Source of the DNA: a phage
NCBI GenBank assembly: GCA_012401045.1
Contig: GCA_012401045.1_4704.1
Reading direction: 5' to 3' (one strand)
Length of the DNA stretch: 64,000 nt
The translations under genes were made by a program, and so were the position numbers. Below, in pieces: positions 9,909 to 22,133 of this stretch. Every line of letters starts with the position of its first letter. Position 1 is the stretch's first letter. The notes beneath the pieces are model-generated. The model did no database searches and was not told where the DNA came from. It saw only the letters and a list, made by a program, of their open reading frames with translations.

Positions 9909-10042
9909 ATTTTAGAAACATCACTAACGCGAATGCGAGTAATAACGCACGTACCCACATACCTCCTTGACAACTGTTGTACAACATAAAGACCAGAGCA
10001 ATGCCGCCCATATGTAGGCGGCACTTATCGAACAATGTTGGT

Positions 10043-10252
10043 TTATACATAAGAGATTAAACGTTGAATGATTTTTACTTTGCCTTTACCTGGACCTTTC
10101 TTGCGGCGATTCAACAGACGGATACTGTTTCCAGTTACGGTGTCGCCATCATAATCAGCCCGGAACTGTGATAAAAAAGCAGGTTGTATCTGATCGACAC
10201 CAGGATTGCTGTGGAAAGGATTGAGACTTAAAAGAGGGTTAGCTGGAATCAT
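10043..10252 (-). CDS. small basic protein with KKGPGKGK motif
   Basis: Track ORF trimmed to ATG at 10252 with AAGGA RBS; C-terminal NRRKKGPGKGKVKII motif shared with three small ORFs at 28588-29154. Confidence 0.4.
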   Translation of the reverse strand: MIPANPLLSLNPFHSNPGVDQIQPAFLSQFRADYDGDTVTGNSIRLLNRRKKGPGKGKVKIIQRLISYV

Positions 10253-10270
10253 CGTATTGTCCTTACTCAA

Positions 10271-10621
10271 TTATTTACCCAGATAGAGATATTCACCACC
10301 CTGAACAACACCGGTTGCTGGATCAACAAGTATACGAACCCGCGCGTAGGTCTTGAAAGAGGGGTTGAAAACTTCGAAGTCTGCCACTTTCAATTTCACG
10401 CTGGGGTTGGTAGGGTTCTTAACTCCGGGAAGTTCTTTCGGGGTACCGAAATCAACACCGCATTCTTCAAGGTCTGCTGGCGTCATGCTCTCCATGGCCA
10501 TGTAGATTGCTTTTGCTTTATCGTAAACTTCTGGGCTATCCAGCAATCCAGCCTGCGCCGAACCGACAACACTACCGAACAGAATAGCAACAGCAACAAA
10601 CAATTTAGTTAACGTTTTCAT
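10271..10621 (-). CDS. secreted hypothetical protein
   Basis: Signal peptide (LFVAVAILFGSVVGSAQA) and GAGG RBS. Confidence 0.55.
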   Translation of the reverse strand: MKTLTKLFVAVAILFGSVVGSAQAGLLDSPEVYDKAKAIYMAMESMTPADLEECGVDFGTPKELPGVKNPTNPSVKLKVADFEVFNPSFKTYARVRILVDPATGVVQGGEYLYLGK

Positions 10622-10657
10622 GATATTTTCCTCGAAAGTAAAATGTTACAATACCTA

Positions 10658-11080
10658 TTAACGTACGGCCGCTACGCTGTTAGCGCATGCCTGAATATCA
10701 TCGGTATTTACGATGATGGTTTCGTTAAACGCACGAATACGCGCACGACGTGCTTCTTTAAGGCTGGCGATTGCGCTAGCAGCTTGATCTGTATTCGCAA
10801 GGCTAATAACCGGGATCAAACGCATGTCAGGACTGCAGATATTCAATGCTTGGTATACACGTCCATTGATTCCTACGGTATCAGACATCGGATAGTGCGC
10901 GCTGCATTGAAATTGACCCATGACAACAAGCGAACGATCGGAGATACCAATCTGATAACGACCGTCTTCGCTGTAGGCGTAGCAGTTATTCCCACGAGCC
11001 ATCCAGTTAGCCTGTGCTTGCGTGCTAACAAAAGCCAGGGTGGTGACGATAGCGAATACGATATTTTTGAACAGTTTCAT
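10658..11080 (-). CDS. secreted hypothetical protein
   Basis: Track ORF trimmed to ATG at 11080 (MKLFKNIVFAIVTTLAFVSTQAQA signal peptide) with AAGGA RBS. Confidence 0.5.
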   Translation of the reverse strand: MKLFKNIVFAIVTTLAFVSTQAQANWMARGNNCYAYSEDGRYQIGISDRSLVVMGQFQCSAHYPMSDTVGINGRVYQALNICSPDMRLIPVISLANTDQAASAIASLKEARRARIRAFNETIIVNTDDIQACANSVAAVR

Positions 11081-11138
11081 GATAAAGATCCTTATTGAAA
11101 TAAAATCGGTATAAAGGCCCCCATTTAGGGGGACCTGA

Positions 11139-11456
11139 TTAGTTTGCACGTAAGAAATGACCTAGAACCGTTACAATTGGAAACAGTCCTGTAACCGTAT
11201 TATCACCCGAAAACATCATCTTTGAGTCGTTAACGGTGATGAAACGGATGTCGGTTGCGGATCCGTCGATAGCGACAAAACGCATTGAGTTCGGTGGAAG
11301 GTCCTCAACCACTTCCACGAGGTACTCGCGATTATCAAAGGCTTCTTTAACACGACGCATGAAACGAATCAAGGTTCCTTCCGCGTCAGCTTCCAAATGA
11401 CCTAAGATATCGCGATTATTACGAATAGCGAATACAGCCATTTTAAACATACTCAT
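11139..11456 (-). CDS. hypothetical protein
   Basis: 105-aa ORF with AAGAGGA RBS; conserved 20-nt motif lies ~70 nt upstream. Confidence 0.45.
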   Translation of the reverse strand: MSMFKMAVFAIRNNRDILGHLEADAEGTLIRFMRRVKEAFDNREYLVEVVEDLPPNSMRFVAIDGSATDIRFITVNDSKMMFSGDNTVTGLFPIVTVLGHFLRAN

Positions 11457-11526
11457 CTTGACATCCTCTTATATTGGATTGGTTGCTAATAATTCAAGGT
11501 GAAGCTGATTACTGCATTGCTTCACC

Positions 11527-11546
11527 TAAGTAATATAGCCGTGAAA
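11527..11546 (-). promoter_or_regulatory. conserved upstream motif copy 1 (candidate phage promoter)
   Basis: Plus-strand TAAGTAATATAGCCGTGAAA, 20/20 identical to 41604-41623; minus-sense TTTCACGGCTATATTACTTA lies ~70 nt upstream of the start codon at 11456. Confidence 0.4.
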
Positions 11547-11564
11547 ATTAATGTATTAACCCAT

Positions 11565-12521
11565 TCACGCTTTTGCTAAGTAGGGTTGGATCTCATTAAT
11601 CCGTTTAACCACAACCTCAGGGAAAAGTTTGAGTATTTCATCAGGCGGTATCGTACCTTCTGTCCAACGATAGCGTTCAACCATCTCGATGCGTGGACTC
11701 CCTCCGACATCAGCGATACGAAAGATACAGGCGATGCCTAAATCGAAGCATACGCTGTAAATATCTTCCGTACCTCCTTTATCAGCAAGTATTTTCGCAA
11801 AATGCTCGTTATCAGGAAGAATGGCTAAATTACGGATACACCAAACATTACTACCCATTTCTTCAAGTTTTGGGTAGGTTAAAGTGTGCCCGTATCGTGT
11901 TAACCATTGATGATTTTCGAGGTAGAAGTCCTTATCCCCTGGCCGATAACCCAATATCACCCCAGTGTAGAAGAGATTGGGCATATCGAGCAGTTCTTGA
12001 ATCGTTGGACCCGTATGCTCCCAGAGACAGATTTGTTTACGGTCTATATCGTAATCTGTGACGTTACTCACCTCCCAACTTATCGTAAGTTCATCGGCAA
12101 CATGCCAACCTAAAGCCTGTTCACCACCAAGCAGATTAACAATGGCTGTTATTTCATACTTGTCAAATACGCCTAAATTACGCGGTGGCTGCATTGTACG
12201 TAATGGCTCCCACAGCACACTGTAATCATAGAGCAAATGACGACATAAACTTTTTGTTAGGGGTGTCTGTTCGGTGAACAGCGGAAGAATCACCGTATCC
12301 AATAACGGGCGTAACGGATGACCATCCGGTGGTAACGGGGTAGCCAGCCGACCTCCTTCTTTGAGGTAATCGAGACCAAACCCGTAACGCTCCGAAATGA
12401 GTGCAATCAGCACTTTTGCTACGCGGTTACGTAGTATGCGATGGATATCATCACTGTAACTGAATTTCGGTTTATTGCCGCAAACGAAGGTGAAGTATCT
12501 GGGCGTTAGCACAGCCATCAT
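11565..12521 (-). CDS. hypothetical protein
   Basis: 318-aa ORF in operon orientation; no motif recognised. Confidence 0.5.
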   Translation of the reverse strand: MMAVLTPRYFTFVCGNKPKFSYSDDIHRILRNRVAKVLIALISERYGFGLDYLKEGGRLATPLPPDGHPLRPLLDTVILPLFTEQTPLTKSLCRHLLYDYSVLWEPLRTMQPPRNLGVFDKYEITAIVNLLGGEQALGWHVADELTISWEVSNVTDYDIDRKQICLWEHTGPTIQELLDMPNLFYTGVILGYRPGDKDFYLENHQWLTRYGHTLTYPKLEEMGSNVWCIRNLAILPDNEHFAKILADKGGTEDIYSVCFDLGIACIFRIADVGGSPRIEMVERYRWTEGTIPPDEILKLFPEVVVKRINEIQPYLAKA

Positions 12522-12528
12522 CTTTCCC

Positions 12529-12975
12529 TCAATCTAAATAGTACGTGATGGATAGGTCTTTTCCATCGAATACAATATCCGTGCAGTCATGGATGGTCGG
12601 TAATACCATTTTTGCTGCTATTGGGACGTATGCCTGCAGTTCCATGAAGTTGTTCATACGGAACGCACGACGTACCATCAACGGCGTTAAAGTAAACGTT
12701 ACGCTAACGTTACCGCTTGGGAGCAGGTGCATTATCGCATGTCCGTGATCGCACCAGCAATGGTTTTCGATCCATCCGGTGTAAATCAGAATGTCTTTAT
12801 CTTCGTCGTAATAAGCAATGCCGGTCTGCTTTAGATGACTAGTGAATCGAGAGGCTTGCTCGTAGCCTGCACGCAACATTCGAGCAACCAGTCGAGTATT
12901 GTTAGCGATTCGATTCTGTTCGTTGGTTTTTGTGGTTTTGAAAATTTCGATACGTTCTGCTTTTGTAATTTGCAT
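12529..12975 (-). CDS. hypothetical protein
   Basis: 148-aa ORF; no motif recognised. Confidence 0.5.
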   Translation of the reverse strand: MQITKAERIEIFKTTKTNEQNRIANNTRLVARMLRAGYEQASRFTSHLKQTGIAYYDEDKDILIYTGWIENHCWCDHGHAIMHLLPSGNVSVTFTLTPLMVRRAFRMNNFMELQAYVPIAAKMVLPTIHDCTDIVFDGKDLSITYYLD

Positions 12976-13053
12976 GATTACTGTCCTTTTGAAATATGTT
13001 TAGATAAGGAGGATTTACCCGGTATTAAAAGTTATTTGGTGTATGTAATGTTT

Positions 13054-13653
13054 TTACTTAGGTTCCAGTATTGGTCCGAACAACCAGAATGTCAGACGCT
13101 GGTAAACCTGTTCGATGACTGCAGCTTCTGTTTGCTCTTCTAGTGCTTTCCCTTTCTTATGTTGTATTTCTGGCGGGATGTCGCCGTTGTAAACATACCC
13201 TGTTGAGAAGTCCCACGCCAACCGTTTACCGAAAGTGGGTAAGAACACCTCTTCGAATCGGAACGCTTTCGAATTCCAATGAAGCAGCTGATCGGATTCA
13301 ACATGTAAAGCTTTATTACGTTTGCTTGGCATGTTTCCGAAGTACTGAACGATAGCTGATTTCATAACCTGATCTGCGAAGTCTTTAGCTTCGGCCTCAT
13401 CGAGGGGAGGCAGACGATGCGACAGATTCAGCTTGCGTTGTTCAACATCAATCTTACGCATCGCTTTAATCAAATCACCAGGAACGATTTTACCCTTATG
13501 TCCTTCCTGTCGGTGTACGAAACACCCCTGGAATAACACGCAAAGTTCTTGAGGCGCGCTACTTTCCATTCGTCCGTAAACAACGATCACCGAACGACGA
13601 CGATCGATAACTTCGCGGATAAACCGCGGCTCAGTAATACTCACCACTGTCAT
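13054..13653 (-). CDS. hypothetical protein
   Basis: 199-aa ORF; no motif recognised. Confidence 0.5.
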   Translation of the reverse strand: MTVVSITEPRFIREVIDRRRSVIVVYGRMESSAPQELCVLFQGCFVHRQEGHKGKIVPGDLIKAMRKIDVEQRKLNLSHRLPPLDEAEAKDFADQVMKSAIVQYFGNMPSKRNKALHVESDQLLHWNSKAFRFEEVFLPTFGKRLAWDFSTGYVYNGDIPPEIQHKKGKALEEQTEAAVIEQVYQRLTFWLFGPILEPK

Positions 13654-13697
13654 TTAAAGCCCTCTTTATCTTTTTCCATTTCTCTTTACATAACCAC

Positions 13698-14423
13698 TTA
13701 AGACGTTGCCATCTTACCTTCCAGAGACTTCTTCGGTAAACCATGGATAACTCCTTCCGGGGTTAAGAACACACAGTCTGGATTCTGCGTTCGTGAACGG
13801 TCGTCTGGACTATTCAACGAGAACAACAACGCAGAAATACCTTTTGTCCGATTTAACGTTGCGACGATCACATCAAGTTGTCGTAGCGCATCCGATACGG
13901 TTCGATGCGGAACGATTCGCGACTGTTTGAAGCTGGCTAAGCGCCAAGTCTCGAACAAACAACGTAGTTTAAACACGTCGGACGGAATAGCAGTAGATCC
14001 CTGTTCGATAACCTCAACACGATCAGCTTCAGGATAACCTACAGCAACCGCACTAAAGTGTCTTACCCCATTATGAAAATCATCGATAGATGCTTCGGCG
14101 TATTTACATACCGTGCCAGAAACGACCATCACTTTTGCTAAACCGCGATAATTGATCGTCAATGGAATACGAAATACGCGTAAAGCATGTTCCGGATTTA
14201 ATGAGACGTCGTTAACCTTTGTTGCGGTCAACTTACCGCGCTCGTAACGTGCGGTGAACGGCAGTCCATCATAAACGGGATTGATTACAACGCCCCCTGG
14301 TGAGGCGTTAGCGTTAAGATGGACATTAAGCCAATCGGATACTTCCTGTCTGCTAGTTACGATTAACATAAAACGGTCCTCCATTTCTTTTCCTTTATTC
14401 ATGACGAGTATCTTCCAAATCAT
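13698..14423 (-). CDS. hypothetical protein
   Basis: 241-aa ORF; no motif recognised. Confidence 0.5.
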   Translation of the reverse strand: MIWKILVMNKGKEMEDRFMLIVTSRQEVSDWLNVHLNANASPGGVVINPVYDGLPFTARYERGKLTATKVNDVSLNPEHALRVFRIPLTINYRGLAKVMVVSGTVCKYAEASIDDFHNGVRHFSAVAVGYPEADRVEVIEQGSTAIPSDVFKLRCLFETWRLASFKQSRIVPHRTVSDALRQLDVIVATLNRTKGISALLFSLNSPDDRSRTQNPDCVFLTPEGVIHGLPKKSLEGKMATS

Positions 14424-15078
14424 CCCTTTGTTTTGTAAATTCTGATTGCTTGCGATAAACCGTCCACGAATCGTGTATACCGTTAAAAGTCAAATGGCGC
14501 GCATTTAAGTTCACGGTGAATTCTTCCACAGAGGCAAAATCCGAACGAAGCATCGAATGGAAGGTGTCATCTCCAGTGCAGCCTCCGTACCCTTCGCCCT
14601 GATAAACCAAAAGCTGGTGGGGTTGGATACGTGCGGCAACCAACGCCGCTTGTGATTCGTGGTAAGGTGGCCACGACAGTAGAATAACGTCGTACTGTGA
14701 AAGATCGATGTTTGTGTAGTCCGCTTGCTGGATATCATCAATAAACGGATGGGGGTGTATTGCGATGTCGTACGCGGTAATATCCTCAACACCAAGTTTA
14801 CGTAACACGTAAGTCAGATAACCTGTCCCACAACCCAAATCAGCGACGCGTCGCCCGTAACAGATGTTTGCTAACTGGAGCGCGGTATCCATGGTTAACA
14901 ACGACCATCCGACGTGTTGAGTATATTCTTCACGGACAATCCATTGTTGATGGTGCGTCATTGGTTCTAAGATAGCAGCAAGCTGCTGGTATGGCAACGG
15001 CATTTTGGTTTCGCCTTGCGTGAGTAATGCAATAACATCGTTCATTTTGTTTCCTTTTATCGGCATAAGCCCTCCCAT
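14395..15078 (-). CDS. SAM-dependent methyltransferase (amino-methyltransferase-like)
   Basis: Motif I VADLGCGTG (Rossmann SAM-binding) and a downstream WPPY motif at the spacing expected for motif IV ([DNS]PP[YFW]) of N-methyltransferases. Confidence 0.6.
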   Translation of the reverse strand: MGGLMPIKGNKMNDVIALLTQGETKMPLPYQQLAAILEPMTHHQQWIVREEYTQHVGWSLLTMDTALQLANICYGRRVADLGCGTGYLTYVLRKLGVEDITAYDIAIHPHPFIDDIQQADYTNIDLSQYDVILLSWPPYHESQAALVAARIQPHQLLVYQGEGYGGCTGDDTFHSMLRSDFASVEEFTVNLNARHLTFNGIHDSWTVYRKQSEFTKQRDDLEDTRHE

Positions 15079-15093
15079 GCCGGGAGGGTACGA

Positions 15094-15522
15094 TTATTCA
15101 TTTTCAATAACTTTAAGATTCGGTGTACCGAGCGTTTTCTTCACCAACGCCTCGGCAACACGTTTCTCGATGAAATCGGTCGCATTGCTTCCGTCTATCG
15201 TACACATGTCACCACGGAAGTTATTGAAGACCATAAACAAGTCACAACCGTCGATAGGTATCGCAAGATCATAACTGACTTGCGATGCGGTGAAATGGAC
15301 ACCCACGACAACGGCGGGAACGAATTTAACCGCCGTGTTATCTCCTTCTTCTCCGGCTCCGAACGGAAGCTCAACACGATCACCGATAGAGAACTGTGTG
15401 ACATCATTAATCGCGTGAGTTAATGCGATTCGTTGCATGTCGGCGATCTTTTCCTTATTCGCGTCGCAAGGTAGGTCCAAGACTTCTTCCAACGTGAAGA
15501 ATTTACGATCGAACCAGCTCAT
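15094..15522 (-). CDS. hypothetical protein
   Basis: 142-aa ORF directly downstream of the GNAT gene. Confidence 0.45.
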   Translation of the reverse strand: MSWFDRKFFTLEEVLDLPCDANKEKIADMQRIALTHAINDVTQFSIGDRVELPFGAGEEGDNTAVKFVPAVVVGVHFTASQVSYDLAIPIDGCDLFMVFNNFRGDMCTIDGSNATDFIEKRVAEALVKKTLGTPNLKVIENE

Positions 15523-15523
15523 G

Positions 15524-16057
15524 TTAAGCTCCTTTCTGTTTTACGGACGATGTTAACCAGGACGATCTTACTGTGAAACCCTCAGACTCGTAGAACGCCT
15601 GGGCTTCATCATTGTCGGCACGAACATCCAGGCCGATAGAATGCCCACCGCACTGGTAAGCGATGTTACGTGCCTCATTCATCAAGGCGTGGCCGATCCC
15701 ACGTCCGCGATATTCGGGTTTTACAACAATCGATGTAACGTCATAAATGCCCATATGGCTCTCTGTATTCACTTCCAAGAGACCTACTGGTATCGAAGCG
15801 ATAGCATCGATCATAACGACCAACATTGCAGTGTCTGGTAAACGCTTTTCTAATTCTAAGGCATCGTACTCGCGTTTTAAATCGGGGATATTCTCAAACA
15901 TAAACGTGGTAGCCCATGCCTCTGATTCTACATCGTCGAGAATACGGTACAGCTCACGAATCTGTCGTTTATGTGGGTAAAGGTGTGGATCGGCCGCCGT
16001 TGAGGCGATAACGCAATAGAACGGCCGTTCATTAATAACTACTGTTTTGATGCTCAT
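15524..16057 (-). CDS. GNAT family N-acetyltransferase
   Basis: Motif A VKPEYRGRGIGHALM (R-x-x-G-x-G) and overall GNAT-like layout. Confidence 0.65.
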   Translation of the reverse strand: MSIKTVVINERPFYCVIASTAADPHLYPHKRQIRELYRILDDVESEAWATTFMFENIPDLKREYDALELEKRLPDTAMLVVMIDAIASIPVGLLEVNTESHMGIYDVTSIVVKPEYRGRGIGHALMNEARNIAYQCGGHSIGLDVRADNDEAQAFYESEGFTVRSSWLTSSVKQKGA

Positions 16058-16560
16058 GCTAAAATTCCCTCATTACCTAACAGTCGATTACGATGACGTC
16101 GGTACAATTGACAAAGTGTTGTGATTTGATAATGTTTGTTGTAACGTACCTCGATACGTTTTTGCACCTCTTTCCATGGAAGTTTATCGTATTGCCGATA
16201 ACGATGGATTTCATTTAACATACGAAGACGAGTAGGATCGGTGTTCTTTATCGTCGTGAGCTTCACACGTTGGTATCCACGCTGTAGTCCCGATTCGGAA
16301 TACGTGACGTCAAACTCATCTTGAATGATGGTAATGATCTCCCGCCACCGACGGTTCTCGCCATCACGTAAATGGACAACCCGCGATAAGATATCGTTCC
16401 GATTACGATGACTCAGTTTAATGTTAAGCATTGAAGCAATCGCGCTAATTGCTCTCTGACTCCGTCCTAACGCTTCACCGATTTCTTTCGATGTCATGAC
16501 GCCCGCGTTTCGGCGTATGAATGCGATTTCGGTTGTTGTGTATTCTTTACCTGCTGCCAT
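16054..16560 (-). CDS. Myb/SANT-like HTH repeat protein (array member 6)
   Basis: Paralogous to five upstream genes; HTH-like EIGEALGRSQRAISAI and a W-containing third repeat. Confidence 0.5.
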   Translation of the reverse strand: MAAGKEYTTTEIAFIRRNAGVMTSKEIGEALGRSQRAISAIASMLNIKLSHRNRNDILSRVVHLRDGENRRWREIITIIQDEFDVTYSESGLQRGYQRVKLTTIKNTDPTRLRMLNEIHRYRQYDKLPWKEVQKRIEVRYNKHYQITTLCQLYRRHRNRLLGNEGILA

Positions 16561-17024
16561 TTCTTACCACGTGTGTTATAATAGTAACGCTGACAAAGAT
16601 GTGTGTGACGATACTCCCGTTTGAACTCGACGCTGATAATGCGAGCAACTTCTCTCCAGTTAACCCCTTTACGTCGAAGTGCTGTAATACGGTCTGAAAT
16701 TTTGCACCATTCATCTGGGTCGTATCGTCGTAGCTTGAGTCGTCGTATTACGGAGGCGACACTCGCTCTCGATCGGCCAAGATGATTTGACAGTTGTTTA
16801 ACCGAGTATCTGTGGATATTGTCGCGAATATAGGAAATCTCGTTGTTCGTATATGCCTCATTGGTTCTCGACGAAGGGAACAGCATATACAACTTATTCT
16901 TAATCGCGCTTTCTGTGCGTTGAAATACAGAAGCCAGCTCACTAACCGGTGGTCTGGGTATCTGGTCCGCGTAATTCTCGAGGCGTGAGAGTTCCTCATC
17001 TGTCCAGCGACGGTATTTGCGCAC
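16494..17024 (-). CDS. Myb/SANT-like HTH repeat protein (array member 5)
   Basis: Track ORF 16494..17126 trimmed to a GTG start at 17024 preceded by AAAGGAG RBS; RWTDEELSRL repeat. Confidence 0.45.
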   Translation of the reverse strand: MRKYRRWTDEELSRLENYADQIPRPPVSELASVFQRTESAIKNKLYMLFPSSRTNEAYTNNEISYIRDNIHRYSVKQLSNHLGRSRASVASVIRRLKLRRYDPDEWCKISDRITALRRKGVNWREVARIISVEFKREYRHTHLCQRYYYNTRGKKWQQVKNTQQPKSHSYAETRAS

Positions 17025-17499
17025 GGGCAACTCCTTTGTTTTTCGTGTAGTAACACCAACGTTGATACAACGCATGTTTATTCGTTGTAATCCCAAATTT
17101 AACAACAACGTCGTATGTGATAACATTCCAATTTTGGGTGACGTTAAGTCGTTCCGCGATAAACGCGATAATCGCTTCCCGTTCTTGCTTTGTTAACGCA
17201 CGACGAATTCCATTAAGCCGTATAAACTGACGAACCGAGTCATACGAGCGGTTTAAATCGTACGCGATCTCACGCAGCGATTTTTGTTTGATTACGGACT
17301 TGATGTACGCGCGTTCTTCTTCCGTATAAGGTCGATGCTTTTGGCGTTGACGTATTCCCAAACGTCCCAGACGCGCGTCGATGCTGGCGCGTGTTCGTCC
17401 TGTCCGTTGTGCGATTTCATCAATCGTCATCGATGTGTTTAAGTACAGATGCGTGACGTCTTTCAGCTCGTCGTCACGCCACGGTTGAGATCGTCCCAT
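16996..17499 (-). CDS. Myb/SANT-like HTH repeat protein (array member 4)
   Basis: WRDDELKDV...IDEIAQRTGRTRASIDARL and YTEEERAYI repeats. Confidence 0.5.
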   Translation of the reverse strand: MGRSQPWRDDELKDVTHLYLNTSMTIDEIAQRTGRTRASIDARLGRLGIRQRQKHRPYTEEERAYIKSVIKQKSLREIAYDLNRSYDSVRQFIRLNGIRRALTKQEREAIIAFIAERLNVTQNWNVITYDVVVKFGITTNKHALYQRWCYYTKNKGVARAQIPSLDR

Positions 17500-17977
17500 C
17501 TTGTATCCCTCTTTTCTTTCTATGATGCCACCAACGCTGATAGACAGCTTGCTTCGTACGTGTTATACCGAAATGCGCATTAACCCGTTCAGCAATGTGG
17601 TGCCAATCCTGCGTTTCTTCCAACAATGTATCAACGAAGGCTACGAAGATCTTAGTATCAGCCTCGCTTAACCGCTTAAAACCATGACGGTGTGCTATCG
17701 TTTTAATACTGTTTGGATCCCTGTTTAAATCGCGTGCGAGCTGTTTATAACTTTTGTGTTTGCAGTGTGCTCTGATATATTCCAACTCATCGACGCTGAA
17801 ACGTTTATGTGGTTTACGACGTTCAACATTTAAGTATACCAACCTCGATTTAATTGCACCGTACGTTGTTTCCATGATTTCTGCGATTTCACGGATTTTT
17901 AATTTCGGGTGACGATAGTACAATTCCAGCAACTGTTCATCATCCTTACGATTCCATCGTCGTACTGGAGGTTTCAC
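17474..17977 (-). CDS. Myb/SANT-like HTH repeat protein (array member 3)
   Basis: Three repeats with spaced aromatic residues (W..DDEQLLELY, FSVDELEYI, DWHHIA...YQRWW). Confidence 0.5.
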   Translation of the reverse strand: MKPPVRRWNRKDDEQLLELYYRHPKLKIREIAEIMETTYGAIKSRLVYLNVERRKPHKRFSVDELEYIRAHCKHKSYKQLARDLNRDPNSIKTIAHRHGFKRLSEADTKIFVAFVDTLLEETQDWHHIAERVNAHFGITRTKQAVYQRWWHHRKKRGIQDGTISTVA

Positions 17978-17990
17978 AACGAGATTTCTC

Positions 17991-18458
17991 CTATTCTGCG
18001 CGTTTTAATGCTTGAGTGTAGTAGAGGCTATGAACACCGCTTAACGTGTAATGGGTGTTAAATTCGTTATTGATAATATTCCGTATTCTCTCCCAGGTGT
18101 TATTCTCTTTTCTAAGGGCGTGTATTCGATAATAAATCATCTCTCGACGTTGTGCTTTGCACGCAACAATACCGTAACGGTAGCAGAGTTTAGCGATTGC
18201 ATCCACGCTACGGTTGAACATCGCTGCAGCTTCTTTTACGCTGTGCGTCTTGAGATAATCGGCTAACATCACGCGTTCTTCGAAACAACAATAGCGATGA
18301 CGCGACGTGAGTTTCCAGCGCTTGCGATTACGGTTAATTCGACCTTGAACAGAGCCTTCTGTTCGGTCAAGCCGTGCCGCAATCTCTTGCATCGGGATAC
18401 CGTTTCGGTACAGAGTAATCAATATCGCGTCTTCTTCGGGTGTCCAGTCCTTGACCAT
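17991..18458 (-). CDS. Myb/SANT-like HTH repeat protein (array member 2)
   Basis: WTPEEDAILITLYRNGIPMQEIAARLDRTEGSVQGRINRNRKRW closely matches the Myb repeat pattern. Confidence 0.55.
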   Translation of the reverse strand: MVKDWTPEEDAILITLYRNGIPMQEIAARLDRTEGSVQGRINRNRKRWKLTSRHRYCCFEERVMLADYLKTHSVKEAAAMFNRSVDAIAKLCYRYGIVACKAQRREMIYYRIHALRKENNTWERIRNIINNEFNTHYTLSGVHSLYYTQALKRAE

Positions 18459-18470
18459 AGTGCCACCCCA

Positions 18471-21161
<2,691 letters not shown>

Positions 21162-21241
21162 AAAATTGTCAAAATGTACATCAGCATAACGCCCGTGCCC
21201 GCCCGCGATGGGAGGGACACAGGCAATACGCTTTTATTTCT

Positions 21242-21874
21242 TCAAGACTTCACGACGCATTCGACTTCGTCGTTCATATAAGCTTCGTATAACGACAGCA
21301 CTTCCTTCATTTTAATTTCGGGTAACGCAACGGAACGAATCGCTTTCAGGATATTCCGTGTTTGATGGTGTTTAACCTTCGCTTCACGGGATTTACAGAA
21401 TTGACGGATACAGGTATTAACCTTACCCCCTTCCGCACGTTCGAGGGCAACATGCAGTTTCAGGTCCAGTAATACTTCCGTGAGTTCCTGGGTGGCAGGA
21501 TCGTTACGAATAAGTCGCACCGTCCGTTCATCCGGATTCAACATCGTGAGGAACTGAAGCTTGATCTGTTCAGGTACGGGTTTCGTGTTCATCATGATGG
21601 CGTCAAACTGTTCCTTAACATCCAACTCATTGAACACATAACGTTCGATGTGTACGACGTGTGCTTTTCCCGACTCACCGTAAATCGCCATCGCACGATA
21701 GTCATCGAACAACACGACATACATCAGATCTTGTTCCGGTCCGATGGTACCATCCATGAGCTTCGGGGCGTGTTTCCTAAAGAAGCCGTAGCGAACCGCT
21801 TCATCCGGCATGAGCGTCCACGCATTAACGGGCTGTTTTACGAGTTCCATGTAACACCTCATCAAGATTATCAC
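21242..21874 (-). CDS. hypothetical protein
   Basis: 210-aa ORF; no motif recognised. Confidence 0.5.
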   Translation of the reverse strand: MIILMRCYMELVKQPVNAWTLMPDEAVRYGFFRKHAPKLMDGTIGPEQDLMYVVLFDDYRAMAIYGESGKAHVVHIERYVFNELDVKEQFDAIMMNTKPVPEQIKLQFLTMLNPDERTVRLIRNDPATQELTEVLLDLKLHVALERAEGGKVNTCIRQFCKSREAKVKHHQTRNILKAIRSVALPEIKMKEVLSLYEAYMNDEVECVVKS

Positions 21875-22133
21875 TTACGCCAGGCGGTACCACAATACCG
21901 GTACGAATCACAGCAGCAACTTCCTGCATGCCCTTACCCTTCAACGCATAGGTTTCATGTACCACATTACGTCGAGTCGTTAATCCAACAAATTTACATA
22001 CAACCATGTTGTTTTCTGAAAGATAAGCGGTGTCGAGTTCACCGTGCAACAATTCTTTTTCTTTGGTATCAATACCTAATAACGCAATTTGATAAGCAGA
22101 AAGTTTCCAATAACGCATAATCGTCCTATTCAT
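21825..22133 (-). CDS. hypothetical protein
   Basis: 102-aa ORF overlapping neighbours at both ends; start uncertain. Confidence 0.35.
   Translation of the reverse strand: MNRTIMRYWKLSAYQIALLGIDTKEKELLHGELDTAYLSENNMVVCKFVGLTTRRNVVHETYALKGKGMQEVAAVIRTGIVVPPGVSDNLDEVLHGTRKTAR

Noticed and set aside
10043-10252. ADYDGDT in the small basic protein resembles the RNA polymerase beta-prime catalytic motif NADFDGD.
   Set aside because: The ORF is only ~69 aa, the flanking sequence does not match beta-prime conserved regions, and the resemblance is a single short motif; most likely coincidence.
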